Part shown: positions 1 to 11,251 of the stretch, piece by piece
How positions within the stretch are numbered: the first letter of the stretch is position 1
How the letters are laid out: each line of letters begins with the position of its first letter
From: a virus
Taxonomy: Duplodnaviria > Caudoviricetes
Length of the DNA: 64,000 bases
IMG/VR virus record: IMGVR_UViG_3300029314_000064
Span: 82,653-146,652 of that record
Strand: one strand, 5' to 3'
The notes under the pieces: model-generated
The model's database searches: none
Told to the model about the DNA's origin: nothing
What the model saw: the letters and a program-made list of their open reading frames with translations, nothing else
Position numbers and translations under genes: made by a program

Positions 1-896
1 TTCTTCTGCTTGCTCTTCTGTATTATAGTAATCAGACTCTCTAGAATAAGGTCCGCAGTCGCAATATGTGCCGATATAATAACCGGCAGGACTACGACAT
101 ACCTTAAATTCAGAAGTATTATGGCAATCTTCACACTGTGGTCTTGCTCCAGTGGATATAGTTTCTCCGGGCATCATTTTAGTCTCCGTCCTCTAAGTTC
201 TATATGAAATTCTTCTTCATTTTCTTGATTTGGTTTCGTCATTGAATTCAGTTCTCCATCTACAAATTACTTCTGAAACAAAATCTGCTTCTCCTGGCGT
301 CATCATTACACATCCCATCCGCATCATATTTTCTTCTTCTTCTGCAGAGCCACTAAATTCAATTGAATACACTACAGGAAAATTATGTTTTTCTATCCTT
401 CTTACCCTAACTCTACCAAATGCATGACTGGTATTGTCTGATGTTGATCTTTTCTTATAAACCCTATAAGGATCTTTATTTTGTTTTGTCATTTATTCTT
501 CTTCGGTGGATTGTGTTTGAAATATTCGTGCAATACACGTTGCTGTATGAGTGGATTATCTATATAGCCACGCAGTGCCTCAACAAGATGTTCTGATCTA
601 AGCAGACGCTTACACCACTCTGGCTGTTCTGCACCATGACGGAATCCACATTGACAATGCAACTCTTCTCTAGTTGACCAAACAAACTGCAATGGGAAAC
701 ATGGTATAAAGCAAATCCAAAAGATAATGTCAAATCCTCGTGTATCCCAAAATAATCCAATCCATATATCTCTTGGTTCCCAATAGAAACGTACCTTTAT
801 TTTTCCAATGCGGGCACGTAGCATTGTGCGCCACGAATTATCTGGATTAATTACAGACTTTGTGACAGGTTTAGAAATTTTTGCCATTTAATATCC

Positions 897-1472
897 TTAT
901 CGTACTGTCTCTGCGTGTTCTCCCAAAAGACTTTCAAGTTTCTTATCAAGTTTTCGCGAAGCTTTCTCAATATCATACAATTGACGAGACATTTTCAGGA
1001 ATGCAGGAATATTATGGTCTTTGATAAATCGTACACGGTTCGCATAGACAGGTTTGCCTTTTGTATCACAAACATTTATCTTTAAAATATACTTATCAAT
1101 ACTAAATCTGCCACGTATCTTTATAATATGGACAGACTTTATCTTACCGAGCTTCCATTCTGTTTCTCCTCTTTTATAAATACTATACGCCACAGACTTA
1201 TTTACCAATTTCGCTGCAACGTTCTGGCTCTCTGCAAGCAACAACAAACGAGCGCGTCGCTCACACTTCTTAAGATCACCAGTAAACAATACTTTATTTT
1301 CACCGACCTTAGCGACATGATGACAATCCTCACCAGTGTCTTTATTGTCAAGTGTCATCAAACAATAAGGATCAGCATAAATAGCGTACCGCGTTTCTAC
1401 AATTTCTGATCCAATATGAATCACTGGAGTATGATCTTTAAATGCATCTGCGAACTTATTAGTTTTCACCAT
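897..1472 (-). CDS. hypothetical phage protein
   Basis: 191-aa ORF with upstream GGAG; part of a tightly packed minus-strand run with 217-492 and 489-887. Confidence 0.7.
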   Translation of the reverse strand: MVKTNKFADAFKDHTPVIHIGSEIVETRYAIYADPYCLMTLDNKDTGEDCHHVAKVGENKVLFTGDLKKCERRARLLLLAESQNVAAKLVNKSVAYSIYKRGETEWKLGKIKSVHIIKIRGRFSIDKYILKINVCDTKGKPVYANRVRFIKDHNIPAFLKMSRQLYDIEKASRKLDKKLESLLGEHAETVR

Positions 1473-1676
1473 TTTGGTCTCCTCAGTACCTAATCAGTTG
1501 GTCCAACCTTGGGTAAGGCATTTACCCTCAGCCTTTTCATCACCGTGCGCCATACGCTTACCGAGGCGACGACGCAGGCGTTTCAGCAAACGCTTCTCAA
1601 GACTACGCCATCCTCCAGACCTCTTACTTGGTGGAGAACTTTTATCAATCTGCGAAATACACATAACCGCCTCCTA

Positions 1677-1895
1677 TCAATTATCAATTGTTTTCTTTTT
1701 TCTATATTTATTCTTCATATGAACTGCCTGCCTTGAAATACCAAACAATTTCGCAATATATGCTTGATTATCAAATAGGTCTAATGCAACGAACATCAGT
1801 TTTTCTTTATGTTTCAACAATTTTTCTAGCTTCTCTCTCGTTGAAACAATTTCATGGATTAATATTTTCTTTTGCTTTTCGTTCTTAAAGATCAT
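1677..1895 (-). CDS. small helix-turn-helix DNA-binding protein
   Basis: NQAYIAKLFGISRQAVH is a typical HTH pattern. Confidence 0.65.
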   Translation of the reverse strand: MIFKNEKQKKILIHEIVSTREKLEKLLKHKEKLMFVALDLFDNQAYIAKLFGISRQAVHMKNKYRKKKTIDN

Positions 1896-2456
1896 TCAAT
1901 ATCTTCTCTATGGGTTAACTCTGCGTGCGTGTAGCCATCCTTCTTGAATGAAGATGGCTTAAAATCTTTATGAAATTGTGTCATACGAACATTATTCGGC
2001 TTACGATTGATTGCTTCTGCTTCTGTTTCATACACTGGATAGTTACTTGGAATAGGGATACTGCCTCCAAGTGGATACCACAATCCTTCTCGTTCTCCTT
2101 TTGAGAAGTGTTTCTCGACTTGTTGCGCGCCATTCGGCGAGCTTACCCATCCAGTTGTCCCAATAGGACACACTCGTTTACAGAGTCTCATTTTTAACCT
2201 CAAATTTACCATCAGGGAAAAAGACTGCGAAAATTTCAAGCTCGTTTTCTTTTATATCTTTTTCATTAGTAATAAAAATCTTTTTAGTTTCTCTATTCAT
2301 AAAGACATAGACATTTTTATCCTTGGTTTTTGCCATGTCTGATGAGATAATAAGAAAATCATTTATATTAGCAGGAATCAAGTAGCTCATTTTAATCTCC
2401 CTGTTAACCCACTACCAAAGCATACCACATATGACATTATTAATGTTCAATAAAAC

Positions 2457-3128
2457 TTACTCTGAATCAACCCAATTAAACTTCATCTCAGCTAGATTAG
2501 ATGTAATGTCTTCACCTAAAGAAAAGAAAATAAAATCAGGTGGAGTATCTTGAGGTATACACTTCTTCTTAGAATCATTTGGCTTCATCTCTATCCAATA
2601 CTTAGGAGCAGTAATAATCTTTGATCCAATCTTATGAATACTTGGTGCCCCGTTTCTCTGGATACCTGCAATAGATTGGCTAGCATCCTTCATATCAGGA
2701 GCAACAATAATCTCTTCTACACATTCGCCAGTCTTGGGATCCATACCTCTATAGGTAGGCGCCTTATATGAACCGCTCGGAAAACATCTAAAAACTCCCT
2801 TAGAGTCTGCAGATGGCTGACACAGAGCCTTTAACTTTGTATCAAACAAAGTCACAGTTGTGAACTTCAAACCTTCTGCATTGGTGAACTGACCAACCTT
2901 CAGTCTCTTGGTTGGGCCTGCATCAACACTTGCATCAGCAGACATACCGCCATCATACATGTCAGAAACAATACGGGATCCACCATCAACCAAGGCACCA
3001 CTGCTTGAAACAGAATGACTGCTACTGCTTGATGCTTTCTTTCCTGCATCTACAGTTACAGAAACATTCTTATCCACATTGCATCCAAAAACAACAACCA
3101 TAGAAAGAACAAAGCAAACTGATCTCAT
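2457..3128 (-). CDS. predicted lipoprotein, myxobacterial-like
   Basis: Signal peptide with lipobox VVVFG-C; Ser-rich linker with repeated DAG/DGG; FDTKLKALC...DSKGVFRCFP motif. Confidence 0.6.
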   Translation of the reverse strand: MRSVCFVLSMVVVFGCNVDKNVSVTVDAGKKASSSSSHSVSSSGALVDGGSRIVSDMYDGGMSADASVDAGPTKRLKVGQFTNAEGLKFTTVTLFDTKLKALCQPSADSKGVFRCFPSGSYKAPTYRGMDPKTGECVEEIIVAPDMKDASQSIAGIQRNGAPSIHKIGSKIITAPKYWIEMKPNDSKKKCIPQDTPPDFIFFSLGEDITSNLAEMKFNWVDSE

Positions 3129-3158
3129 TGGTGTAACTCCGTTATGTCGTTCGTTAGG

Positions 3159-3692
3159 TTAAAAAATCATATCACCGCAGATACGTGTATCTTCATTATG
3201 CTGTGAATCACCAAGAAACAAATGCGCAAACTCATGACCTAGACTTTTAAGATTTGGAGAAGAGACTGCTGTTGCCGGGTTCTGTAGGGCACCAGTGTAT
3301 TCTAAATTATTGAATGAGAATATCTCTACTCCATTGACTGTTGTCCAATCTGGAGCAATAAGAACTCTTAGGCCGCAGTGGGTGACACGAATTTCTCTTT
3401 TATGTCTTTTTGATAAGCAAGAAGCAACACGCTCTGCGATCTCATCGATCTTATTGAGGTCAACCTCACCTGATCTATCATCTACTTTAATACCACGTGG
3501 TGTGGTCTTGTTCTGCCTGTATGTAAAACGTACTGCTTCATTTCCTTCCCATTTTGCTCCAGAGTAAGCAGCATCACAGGTGAATGGAGCTATCAGTGAA
3601 ACACACACACATCCATTAAGAGTTAATAGAATTAAAATCACAACAAGCGCATTCAATAAGACAAATATTGTCTTACCTTGTTTGACTGACAT
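3159..3692 (-). CDS. membrane-anchored or lipoprotein putative zinc metallopeptidase
   Basis: N-terminal hydrophobic segment ending LNG-C; LGHEFAH (HExxH) near the C-terminus. Confidence 0.5.
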   Translation of the reverse strand: MSVKQGKTIFVLLNALVVILILLTLNGCVCVSLIAPFTCDAAYSGAKWEGNEAVRFTYRQNKTTPRGIKVDDRSGEVDLNKIDEIAERVASCLSKRHKREIRVTHCGLRVLIAPDWTTVNGVEIFSFNNLEYTGALQNPATAVSSPNLKSLGHEFAHLFLGDSQHNEDTRICGDMIF

Positions 3693-3707
3693 ATATCCTT
3701 TCTGTGG

Positions 3708-4091
3708 TTACCAAGAAGCATAATACTCAATACGTCCACCATCTTTTGCATTATTTCTCAACCATTTTTGGATTTTTTTGATATAACTTTTCATAATTTT
3801 TTTATTCAAATCAGAATAAAAATTTCCTCTAATCTTTTTGTATCCAAGAAGACATGATTCTAATGGCTCTGAATTTCCAAAACTTATTCTAACATGAAAA
3901 CGACCATCTATGTCTGATAATATATCTACATTTACACTATCTCTAAATGCTTTAATAATTTCTTCATTCAAATTATATTCTGATCTAAAATACGCTAATT
4001 CATTTACATCTGAAATATATTTTTCGTATCCTCCAAGAATATATTCTTTTCTTCCACGGCCGACACCGTAAATATACATATCGAGTCCCAT
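3708..4091 (-). CDS. phage protein of the MGLDMY-start family
   Basis: MGLDMY N-terminus and YYASW C-terminus, recurrent in phage small proteins. Confidence 0.55.
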   Translation of the reverse strand: MGLDMYIYGVGRGRKEYILGGYEKYISDVNELAYFRSEYNLNEEIIKAFRDSVNVDILSDIDGRFHVRISFGNSEPLESCLLGYKKIRGNFYSDLNKKIMKSYIKKIQKWLRNNAKDGGRIEYYASW

Positions 4092-4097
4092 AATGAA

Positions 4098-4349
4098 TTA
4101 CCTTTCGTCAGTAAGAATTGCAGTACCTACGATTGGCCTCTTGGCAATTTCACTCGCCACCCTATTAGGTGGAAGATTCTCTAACAAACCTTCCTCATTC
4201 ACAATAAGATAAAAGCAACCCTTCTTGTTATGCATATTAACCCTGACAAATTCAACATATCCTCCGACAGTTTCCTGCATCTGCTTGAGAGAAAGTTTTC
4301 CTTCAACCTTCTTCCTGGAACCGTCAATATTAATAATTTCTGTAGTCAT
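4098..4349 (-). CDS. DUF3846-like protein
   Basis: LKQMQETVGGYVE...VNEEG...NRVAS...IVG pattern. Confidence 0.65.
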   Translation of the reverse strand: MTTEIINIDGSRKKVEGKLSLKQMQETVGGYVEFVRVNMHNKKGCFYLIVNEEGLLENLPPNRVASEIAKRPIVGTAILTDER

Positions 4350-5213
4350 TTTTACTCCTTAGTCAGAAAACCAAAAGCCTTCAAAGCATCCACATGAATT
4401 TTTACTCCATCACAAAAACCTTTTAAAAATTCAATTAATTCATTATCATTATAATTATCAATATAATCAATATAACAAATATTATCATCAAAACCAGCAG
4501 CAACACCTTCTACATATGATGAAGATTCGATTTTACTAGGACCATCAGGGCCATACACAGCACCAAGAGCACACATTCCATAACAAGTTTTTTCATCTAT
4601 AGTAATAAATTGATCAAAACACCCAGCAACAGGAATTGCTTTTTGTTTTTTCAGTCCACTGATAACCATTTTACTGGTTAGTCTTTTCTTTGATTTTGAT
4701 TTTAGCAACATAGTTCACTCCTCCTTATTTTGCTCACCATTATATAGAATTTTCATAAAAGCAATTTGGTCCCATGTGCCGCCACCTTCCCATAATAAAT
4801 CTCCATTTGCAGCAAAAAATTCATAAACAACAAAAGGCCCAGAGAATTCTAATTCCAGTTTGAAACCAAAAAGATCCATTACAGTATTATAATCGTCTTT
4901 TTCTCCTGAATCATATGTAAAACTTTTTATAGTCTTATTTTTATTTAATGTCAAAACAGCTTTTAAAACAAGACCATCTCCTTTCTTTGGAACACCACAG
5001 CAATCCATTTCTAACTTCAGCTTAACGCCTTTTTCCTTGTTGGACTTAACCATATTAACTCCTTAGTTTGGTGTGTAACCAATAGTACCATAATGAAAAA
5101 TATATTTTTTCAGTATAATTTCTAGCAATCTAAGATCTTAATTCAATGACTCGCTGTGAGGTATTTCGTTCTGCTAATAATGGAACCAAATAAATGGTCG
5201 AGATTTGCATTCT

Positions 5214-5250
5214 AATAAAACAAGCCACACTGCAATGGCACAGTGTGGCT
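5214..5250 (-). terminator. intrinsic terminator
   Basis: 10-bp stem agccacactg/cagtgtggct followed by TGTTTTATT on the minus strand. Confidence 0.65.
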
Positions 5251-6095
5251 AGACTATGTGAAGATTACAAGATTGGCCTCAGATGTATTATTACCAAGCA
5301 AGGCATACCCAACCAACCCTTAGTAATAAACTTATCTCAGAGGGTTATCTGGAACAATGACGTCAGGGCCATGTAAGTATGGCGTCTCTTTGTTATTTCT
5401 GTATTGGTCCAGGTGCGAACACCACCATGCGCTGTTTCAGATACTGCGCGAATATTTTTGACCTTACCGTAGGGCGGTATGACATTATACAGTTTTGCTA
5501 TTTTCTTCATCTTATCTTTTCTATTGCGCTCTGTCCACCATGTAACGCCATTACAGTCTACCCATGAGATGAGATCAATAGCTTTATCTTCTTGGATCAA
5601 TTGCTTTTGTTTTTTCAAGTTTTATCTCCAGGTTACGGTGTAAGAATATGATAGATAAGAAACCAAAAAGATCCATTGACTAGAATCCAAATAACTCCAG
5701 TGGCTAAATTACCACTAAAATTCCTAGGTACTGCATCTTTTTTATTTCTCGTATGAAACAATTTAGAAAATGGAGTAAAACTCATTCTGTATCCTTCGCA
5801 CAAGATTTAAGTAAATTCTTTTGTGCTGCCATTGCATCTATCTTTATTTTGTATTTCATAATTCTATGATCTAATTCAATAATTAAACAATCAAGAACTT
5901 CCTTCTTTGTCCTGCGTATAAAAATTCCATCATCAGTGATCTTATGTCTAATAAGTTTATTTGATTTTGATTCTGTATTTGAAACAGAAACAGGCCAACG
6001 TGATTTAGTCCAGACAGTATGGTCTGTACTTTTCTCAACAATAAATGGAACAATTTTATCTGAATAAACATCACCATAATACCATGTCTCAGACA

Positions 6096-6854
6096 TTATA
6101 CATCTCCGTCTATGTCGAATTTAGACAAAGTATTTAAACGAATACCTTCTTCATCTAGAATAACCTTACAAATATTTTCTGCTTCAGTTGCATCTTTTTT
6201 ATTCAACTCTGTTTCCATCCATACACATTGCTTATATTTTTTCTCAATATGATTCCAATCTACCCAGGCATAATGAACAACATAGGTCTTAGAATTATAT
6301 ATGTTCCCAAAATTATCTATTGTTCCAAAAGCGAAATGGTGGTTGTTGTATGCGGAACCAAAACTTTTCAAATCAGGATGTAAACTGAAAAACTTTCCTG
6401 ACAGCTGATCATGAAATTTATCTGTTCTATATTTGGTTCTACTTCTCCACAAATTCATATATCCAAACCTAACAGTATGTCTGATGGCTGGATCATTAAA
6501 CTTTATGAATTTCTTAATATAGAGAATAGCTAGGTTTTCTAAAATCTCATCACCATCAAGATACAAAACCCATTTTGAATCTGTGTATTTACGAGCATAG
6601 TCTAGAAGACTATTAAGGATATTGTTTTCGTTAAATGGTGTCTCTTGTTGAAAGACCTTAACATTCTTATATCTTTTATAAACTTCATCACTGCCATCAT
6701 CAGACATACCATCAGCTATGATAATATGCTCGCAAAAATGAAGGTGATTTAAAACCTGCTCAAGCATAGTATGTTCAGGCTTTTGATCTCCAGGGCCATA
6801 CACATACTTATTTTCATTCTTGAGCATAAGTATAACAACGAGACCTTTAACCAT
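6096..6854 (-). CDS. glycosyltransferase family 2 (GT-A fold)
   Basis: MLKNE, IIIADGMSDDGS, WVLYLDGDE (DxD) and C-terminal VVHY motifs. Confidence 0.85.
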   Translation of the reverse strand: MVKGLVVILMLKNENKYVYGPGDQKPEHTMLEQVLNHLHFCEHIIIADGMSDDGSDEVYKRYKNVKVFQQETPFNENNILNSLLDYARKYTDSKWVLYLDGDEILENLAILYIKKFIKFNDPAIRHTVRFGYMNLWRSRTKYRTDKFHDQLSGKFFSLHPDLKSFGSAYNNHHFAFGTIDNFGNIYNSKTYVVHYAWVDWNHIEKKYKQCVWMETELNKKDATEAENICKVILDEEGIRLNTLSKFDIDGDV

Positions 6855-7476
6855 ACTTCACGATTCCAAATCCGCATGCGGCGTGCCAGTTTGTTTCAAT
6901 TTTTTCATTCTCAATTTTATTCCAAAATAATTCCATTTCTTCATTCAATTCTATATCGTCCCACAAAACAATTCCCTTAAATTTTTGCTTCATTAATTCA
7001 TTATGAATTCTCAGCTCATGATGTCCGTCATGACCTATATCTACAAAAATGGTATCAAAATCATAAAATTTAAAATCAGTACACTCATCAGCATTTCTTA
7101 AATGTCTTACTAATATATTTTTTTCCATAAGAACTTCTTTAGAAATATGGCCCGTATTTACATCAGCAGTCAACACTCTTCTTCCTGGATAAAGAAAACA
7201 AACTGTTCCTGCGCCTGTTTGTGTTCCTAATTCTAAAATATTTTTATCACTTACAAGACTGGAATAAGCGAGGAGATACATATAATATCTCTCGGCTAGC
7301 ATCCAGTTTCGCAAATATCCATGTTTCTCAAAAGTCTCGCCAATTTTATATTTCTCAGATAATGCCTGCAATACTTGCTTGTAATGAGATTCATTCTTAT
7401 GAACTCCAGCATTACAAGTTTCCACAATATTTTTTAATTCAAGGGTCATGAATTTCCTCTGATACTGGCTGCCCAC
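6847..7476 (-). CDS. class I SAM-dependent methyltransferase (Methyltransf_24-like)
   Basis: ILELGTQTG motif I; FDTIFVDIGH; GIVLWDD; overlaps the GT2 start. Confidence 0.8.
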   Translation of the reverse strand: MGSQYQRKFMTLELKNIVETCNAGVHKNESHYKQVLQALSEKYKIGETFEKHGYLRNWMLAERYYMYLLAYSSLVSDKNILELGTQTGAGTVCFLYPGRRVLTADVNTGHISKEVLMEKNILVRHLRNADECTDFKFYDFDTIFVDIGHDGHHELRIHNELMKQKFKGIVLWDDIELNEEMELFWNKIENEKIETNWHAACGFGIVKYG

Positions 7477-7782
7477 GCCCTGCTTTAATCATTGTTTCTT
7501 TCAAGCGTGTAAGTTGAGAAATAACTACATCTACAGATGTAACTCTAGAAAACAACAAACGCACCATAGGTTCTTTAAGATCTGCAACAGTTGTTCCTGG
7601 AGGTACAGGAACTAATGATCCTATAGGGCGATAATCACCAGAAGATAAAACAAATTCATCTAAACTTCCAGACCCAGAAGATGCAGCAGTGCTTACTCTA
7701 ATATCTCCTGATCCAAAAACAACAATAGCTTCTTTTGGATTTATTATGATCATCCAGTCTCCTCGTAGAGTCTTCAGGACAG

Positions 7783-8062
7783 AATAAAAACGAACCAGCT
7801 ATTCCACTGGTTCCGCCGGGTTTGAGCCTTCATGTTGGCTTCACACTACTCCCGCGCCTTTCTCGCGCTTTGCCTTGCGGCACCATGCAGCTTCAACACC
7901 AATGGAGCTTGGCTTCCCTGCATAGCTTCTTTGGTCCACCGGAATTTTTACTATCTATGGTCTTGACCGTCTGGTGTTAACTTCCTCCTAATGAATGCCG
8001 TTTCCGGTCTTCATCCACTAGGCCACTGCTCCGCTGAAGCATCCAGTTGGGATTCGGGCCAT
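7783..8062 (-). ncRNA. candidate structured non-coding RNA of unknown family
   Basis: About 280 nt, GC-rich, no ORF of 60 aa or more, just downstream of tRNA-Leu; GNRA hairpins CCG-GAAA-CGG and TGCC-GCAA-GGCA; ends in a terminator-like hairpin plus T tract. Confidence 0.55.
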
Positions 8063-8090
8063 AACTTTAATTCTATATAAAATACTGGAA

Positions 8091-8176
8091 TGGGAGTAGA
8101 GGGATTCGAACCCTCAAGGTCCCTGAGGACCGAAAGATTTTAAGTCTTTTCCGTAGACCAGTTCCGGCATACTCCC
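8091..8176 (-). tRNA. tRNA-Leu(UAA)
   Basis: Cloverleaf GGGAGTA...TACTCCC-A; anticodon arm AAAGA-CTTAAAA-TCTTT; long variable arm; GGTTCGAATCC. Confidence 0.95.
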
Positions 8177-8890
8177 ATATGATTAATTAATATTTCCATC
8201 TTCCTTGAACAAATATTGTCTTATGCTCTACTGTATCAAATATAGGCGCTGTCTGACCATATGGTAAGCCCAAAACCCAACGAACAGCAGACTTTATTGA
8301 ATCTGTACGAAAAAGCAACCTTTGATGCCTATAAACTTCATAACGACCCACATAGTGTTCCATAAATACTCCTCACACTAAATACATCCTTCAAATAAAG
8401 TTTCATATACATTCATAAAAATATAGAAACAATCATCAATTCGTACAAACTCTATTCTATCTCCATAATATGAGAACCACAATTTTTCGTGATGGGGCTT
8501 GCCTAGTGTTGCCACACTAGCACAAAGAACAAACACAATTATCAACATTAAAAATCTTTTTTTCATTTTATTCTCTAAAATTTGCCTTCAAATTTTTCTG
8601 CCTCAACCCACTCTAATTCAGTTAAGGAAAAATCAGGTACAACCTTCTTTCCTGCTTTAAAAGCTGTTTTCAATTTCTTCTTTGCTTCTTCTCCTAAAAA
8701 TTCTTTATGTAAGTCAGCTTTATTCCTGCAATCAGAACATGTCAGAAGATTGAGTATGGCATGTGCTGGATCTTTAATAGGCCCACCAGGAGGATGAAAT
8801 ACAAGTCTCGGTAAATACTCTCCTGGTTTACCCGATGTGCAATCTTTACGTTGGCATTTTGTCATGTCTTTCTCCTTTACAAGAATCACA

Positions 8891-8962
8891 TAGGCCTATC
8901 CGGAATTGAACCGGAATTAGAGTCTTATAAGGACCCCGTTCTAACCTTTGAACTATAGGCCA
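8891..8962 (-). tRNA. tRNA-Ile(UAU)
   Basis: Cloverleaf; anticodon arm GGGTC-CTTATAA-GACTC; T arm TCCGG-TTCAATT-CCGGA; U1:U72 mismatch; CCA not encoded. Confidence 0.9.
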
Positions 8963-9625
8963 TCAAGGTAATTCTTTTCCAAAAAGTTCTTTATATTTAT
9001 TTTTTCTATACTCATAAGAAGTTTTACCATCAGGAATAATTATTCTTAATTTCTTTGCTCTTCTTGCAATACTTGTATGACTTACACCAAAAAGTTTAGC
9101 AGTACCTGTTAATCCATTTTTCCATATTAATTCAGTTAATGTTCTCTTAGATACATAAAATTTATTTTTACGACCTTTTCTACGAGGAATAATTTTTCCT
9201 ATATTCCTTGTAGATCTTTTAAGATTTTGTTTATTACCCCAATTTCTAAAATTTAAAGTCATTGCATGACAATTAGGACACAATATTCTTAAATTTTCTT
9301 TAGAATTATTGTTATGATTTCCATCTATATGGTCCATTTCTAATATAACACCTCCATTATCTCTTCTTTTATCAAAACCACATTCCTGACAAGACCATTT
9401 ATTCTTCATCAATAGAACAAATTTTTTCCAATCTACGCTCAGCCATTTCCAAGGTATCCTGAAATAATTAAACTTTTCAACATAAAAATATTGACCCACA
9501 ATAACTAAATCAGATTCGTGAGTGTACCTGACGTGTTGAGCGATTCCCTTAGTGGATATAAATTTATGTTCGCATCCATCTATCTTACACTTGATAAAAT
9601 GTTTTTTAATTTCTGACTGTTTCAT
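8963..9625 (-). mobile_element. free-standing HNH homing endonuclease with N-terminal C2H2-like finger and C-terminal HTH
   Basis: CQECG...LEMDHIDGNHNNNSKENLRILCPNCH; GLTGTAKLFGVSHTSI HTH; lies among tRNA genes. Confidence 0.85.
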
Positions 9626-9637
9626 ACACTCTCACAT

Positions 9638-9677
9638 ATTTTTAAGGCATGTGCTCTAACCACTGAGCTACAGGAGG
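9638..9677 (-). pseudogene. tRNA 5'-half remnant
   Basis: CCTCCTG-TA-GCTC-AGTGGTTA-GAGC-A-CATGC-CTT is an acceptor strand, D arm and half an anticodon arm; no T arm follows. Confidence 0.7.
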
Positions 9678-10431
9678 TCTTATTCACAAAAAATTCTTAG
9701 GAAACAAACGAACAATGGTCTCGTAAAAAGTATACCCAAGCTGAATCAAATCTTCTCTGATAATCTTCTTGAGTTCTTCTTGTCTTGCTTTAAGAATAAT
9801 AACAATTCTACTAGAGTCAATATAGTTTTTATTCGACATCCCTTCAAAAGAACATTCATATTCTTCAGCAATAGTCAATTCTTTTTTAAGAAGTCTCTCG
9901 ACATTTTTAAGAATTTTATCATTATTATAAATCTTCAAAACAAAATCCAAAACATCTTTTGCAAGATACAAATGAAAATTATTATGTTCATTACTTTCAA
10001 TCTTAATGCCAGAGTTTTTATCCATCCCAGATTCCTCCATTTAAAGTAGTATGGCCACACAGGGTACACTTCTCTTCATTCAAATCACGAACCGTAAAAC
10101 ACTTCTCGCATGATTCTATCATAGGGTAAATACTATGAACAAACAAAGAAAAACATTCATTATTCATTTCATTAAAACACTTATTCAATTTTGCTTGAAT
10201 AACAAATACATCTTCAGTAGCTTCAAGAAAAAGATATTTATAAATCACTTTCATATCAAAACTATAATTCTCTTTCATTTTAAGATTAAGTTCTTTAGAA
10301 ACTTCTTGAATAACTTTATTCATAATACTTAATGGAAAATTCGCTTCACAAAATACAGGATCCAACATAGTGTATTCTATTTCGACTGAATGCTTAATCA
10401 GCTTACCAGTCATAACCACACTCGAGTTTTA

Positions 10432-10782
10432 TCATAGCACATCCTCATAGCCATACTCGAGTTTATCAGCACATTCATCACACTGATATCCAAGATTAAC
10501 ATCTTTCATGGTTAAAGTATTTTCTGCTCTACATGTTGGACAGGGATAAATACGTGGGTTGTCTGGAGTAGCGGCGCGAAGAGCTGAGTCTTGGTTCTTG
10601 AATTGAATATCTTCGTCCTCATCTTCATCTTCTGCATCTAACTCAAAGTAACATTCATCGCAAAGCATTATTTCGCCCTTACACTTAATAAGTTCAGTTT
10701 CTTCTTCATTTACTCCACACTCATCACAAGTAAGCATAGTATTCTCCCTGTTGTGTCTACTTATTTTCCGTGTATCATCCAT
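10432..10782 (-). CDS. zinc-ribbon protein
   Basis: Four CxxC pairs around an acidic linker. Confidence 0.6.
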   Translation of the reverse strand: MDDTRKISRHNRENTMLTCDECGVNEEETELIKCKGEIMLCDECYFELDAEDEDEDEDIQFKNQDSALRAATPDNPRIYPCPTCRAENTLTMKDVNLGYQCDECADKLEYGYEDVL

Positions 10783-11251
10783 TCCGGTTTAATAGCCACA
10801 AATGCTTGCCACTGTCCATTTACATGTCCCCACGACTCATTATAAACTGTGAAACCTTTAGAATTACTTCCATCATGGTCGGGCTGTGCTCCATAATCCT
10901 GTACTTCCAGCCAGTCTCGTACAAAACCCGCCAATGTTTCTACATTTTTGAGCGGAACAGGGAATTGATGTATGCCTTCAGCATGAGACCAGTACAGAAC
11001 AAAACCCTTAGTTGGAACGACTGCCCAACCGACAGCAGAGGTATGAATATCCATAGCCATCTGGATAGCAGCTTTTAGGTGACTTGGTCTTCCAGATGTT
11101 ACTGATAGACTAAAGTTATCAGCCATATGTGTTATCCCTGTTGTTTGTTGTTACCAATATACCATAATGAAATAAAAAATATTCACTATAAATTCATTAT
11201 GCACTAGGGATATGACAAGCAGCAATGAATTCTATTTTCATAAGATATTGC

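Noticed and set aside
7783-8062. RNase P RNA or tmRNA identity for the first ncRNA candidate
   Set aside because: GGAGGAAG and AACCCGGC echo RNase P, but the P4 partner GUCCGGG and the internal conserved regions are missing; there are no tRNA-like tmRNA ends
8963-9677. Group I intron in a tRNA anticodon
   Set aside because: The CTT|AAAAAT junction resembles tRNA-Leu introns, but there is no room for a catalytic core and no matching 3' exon
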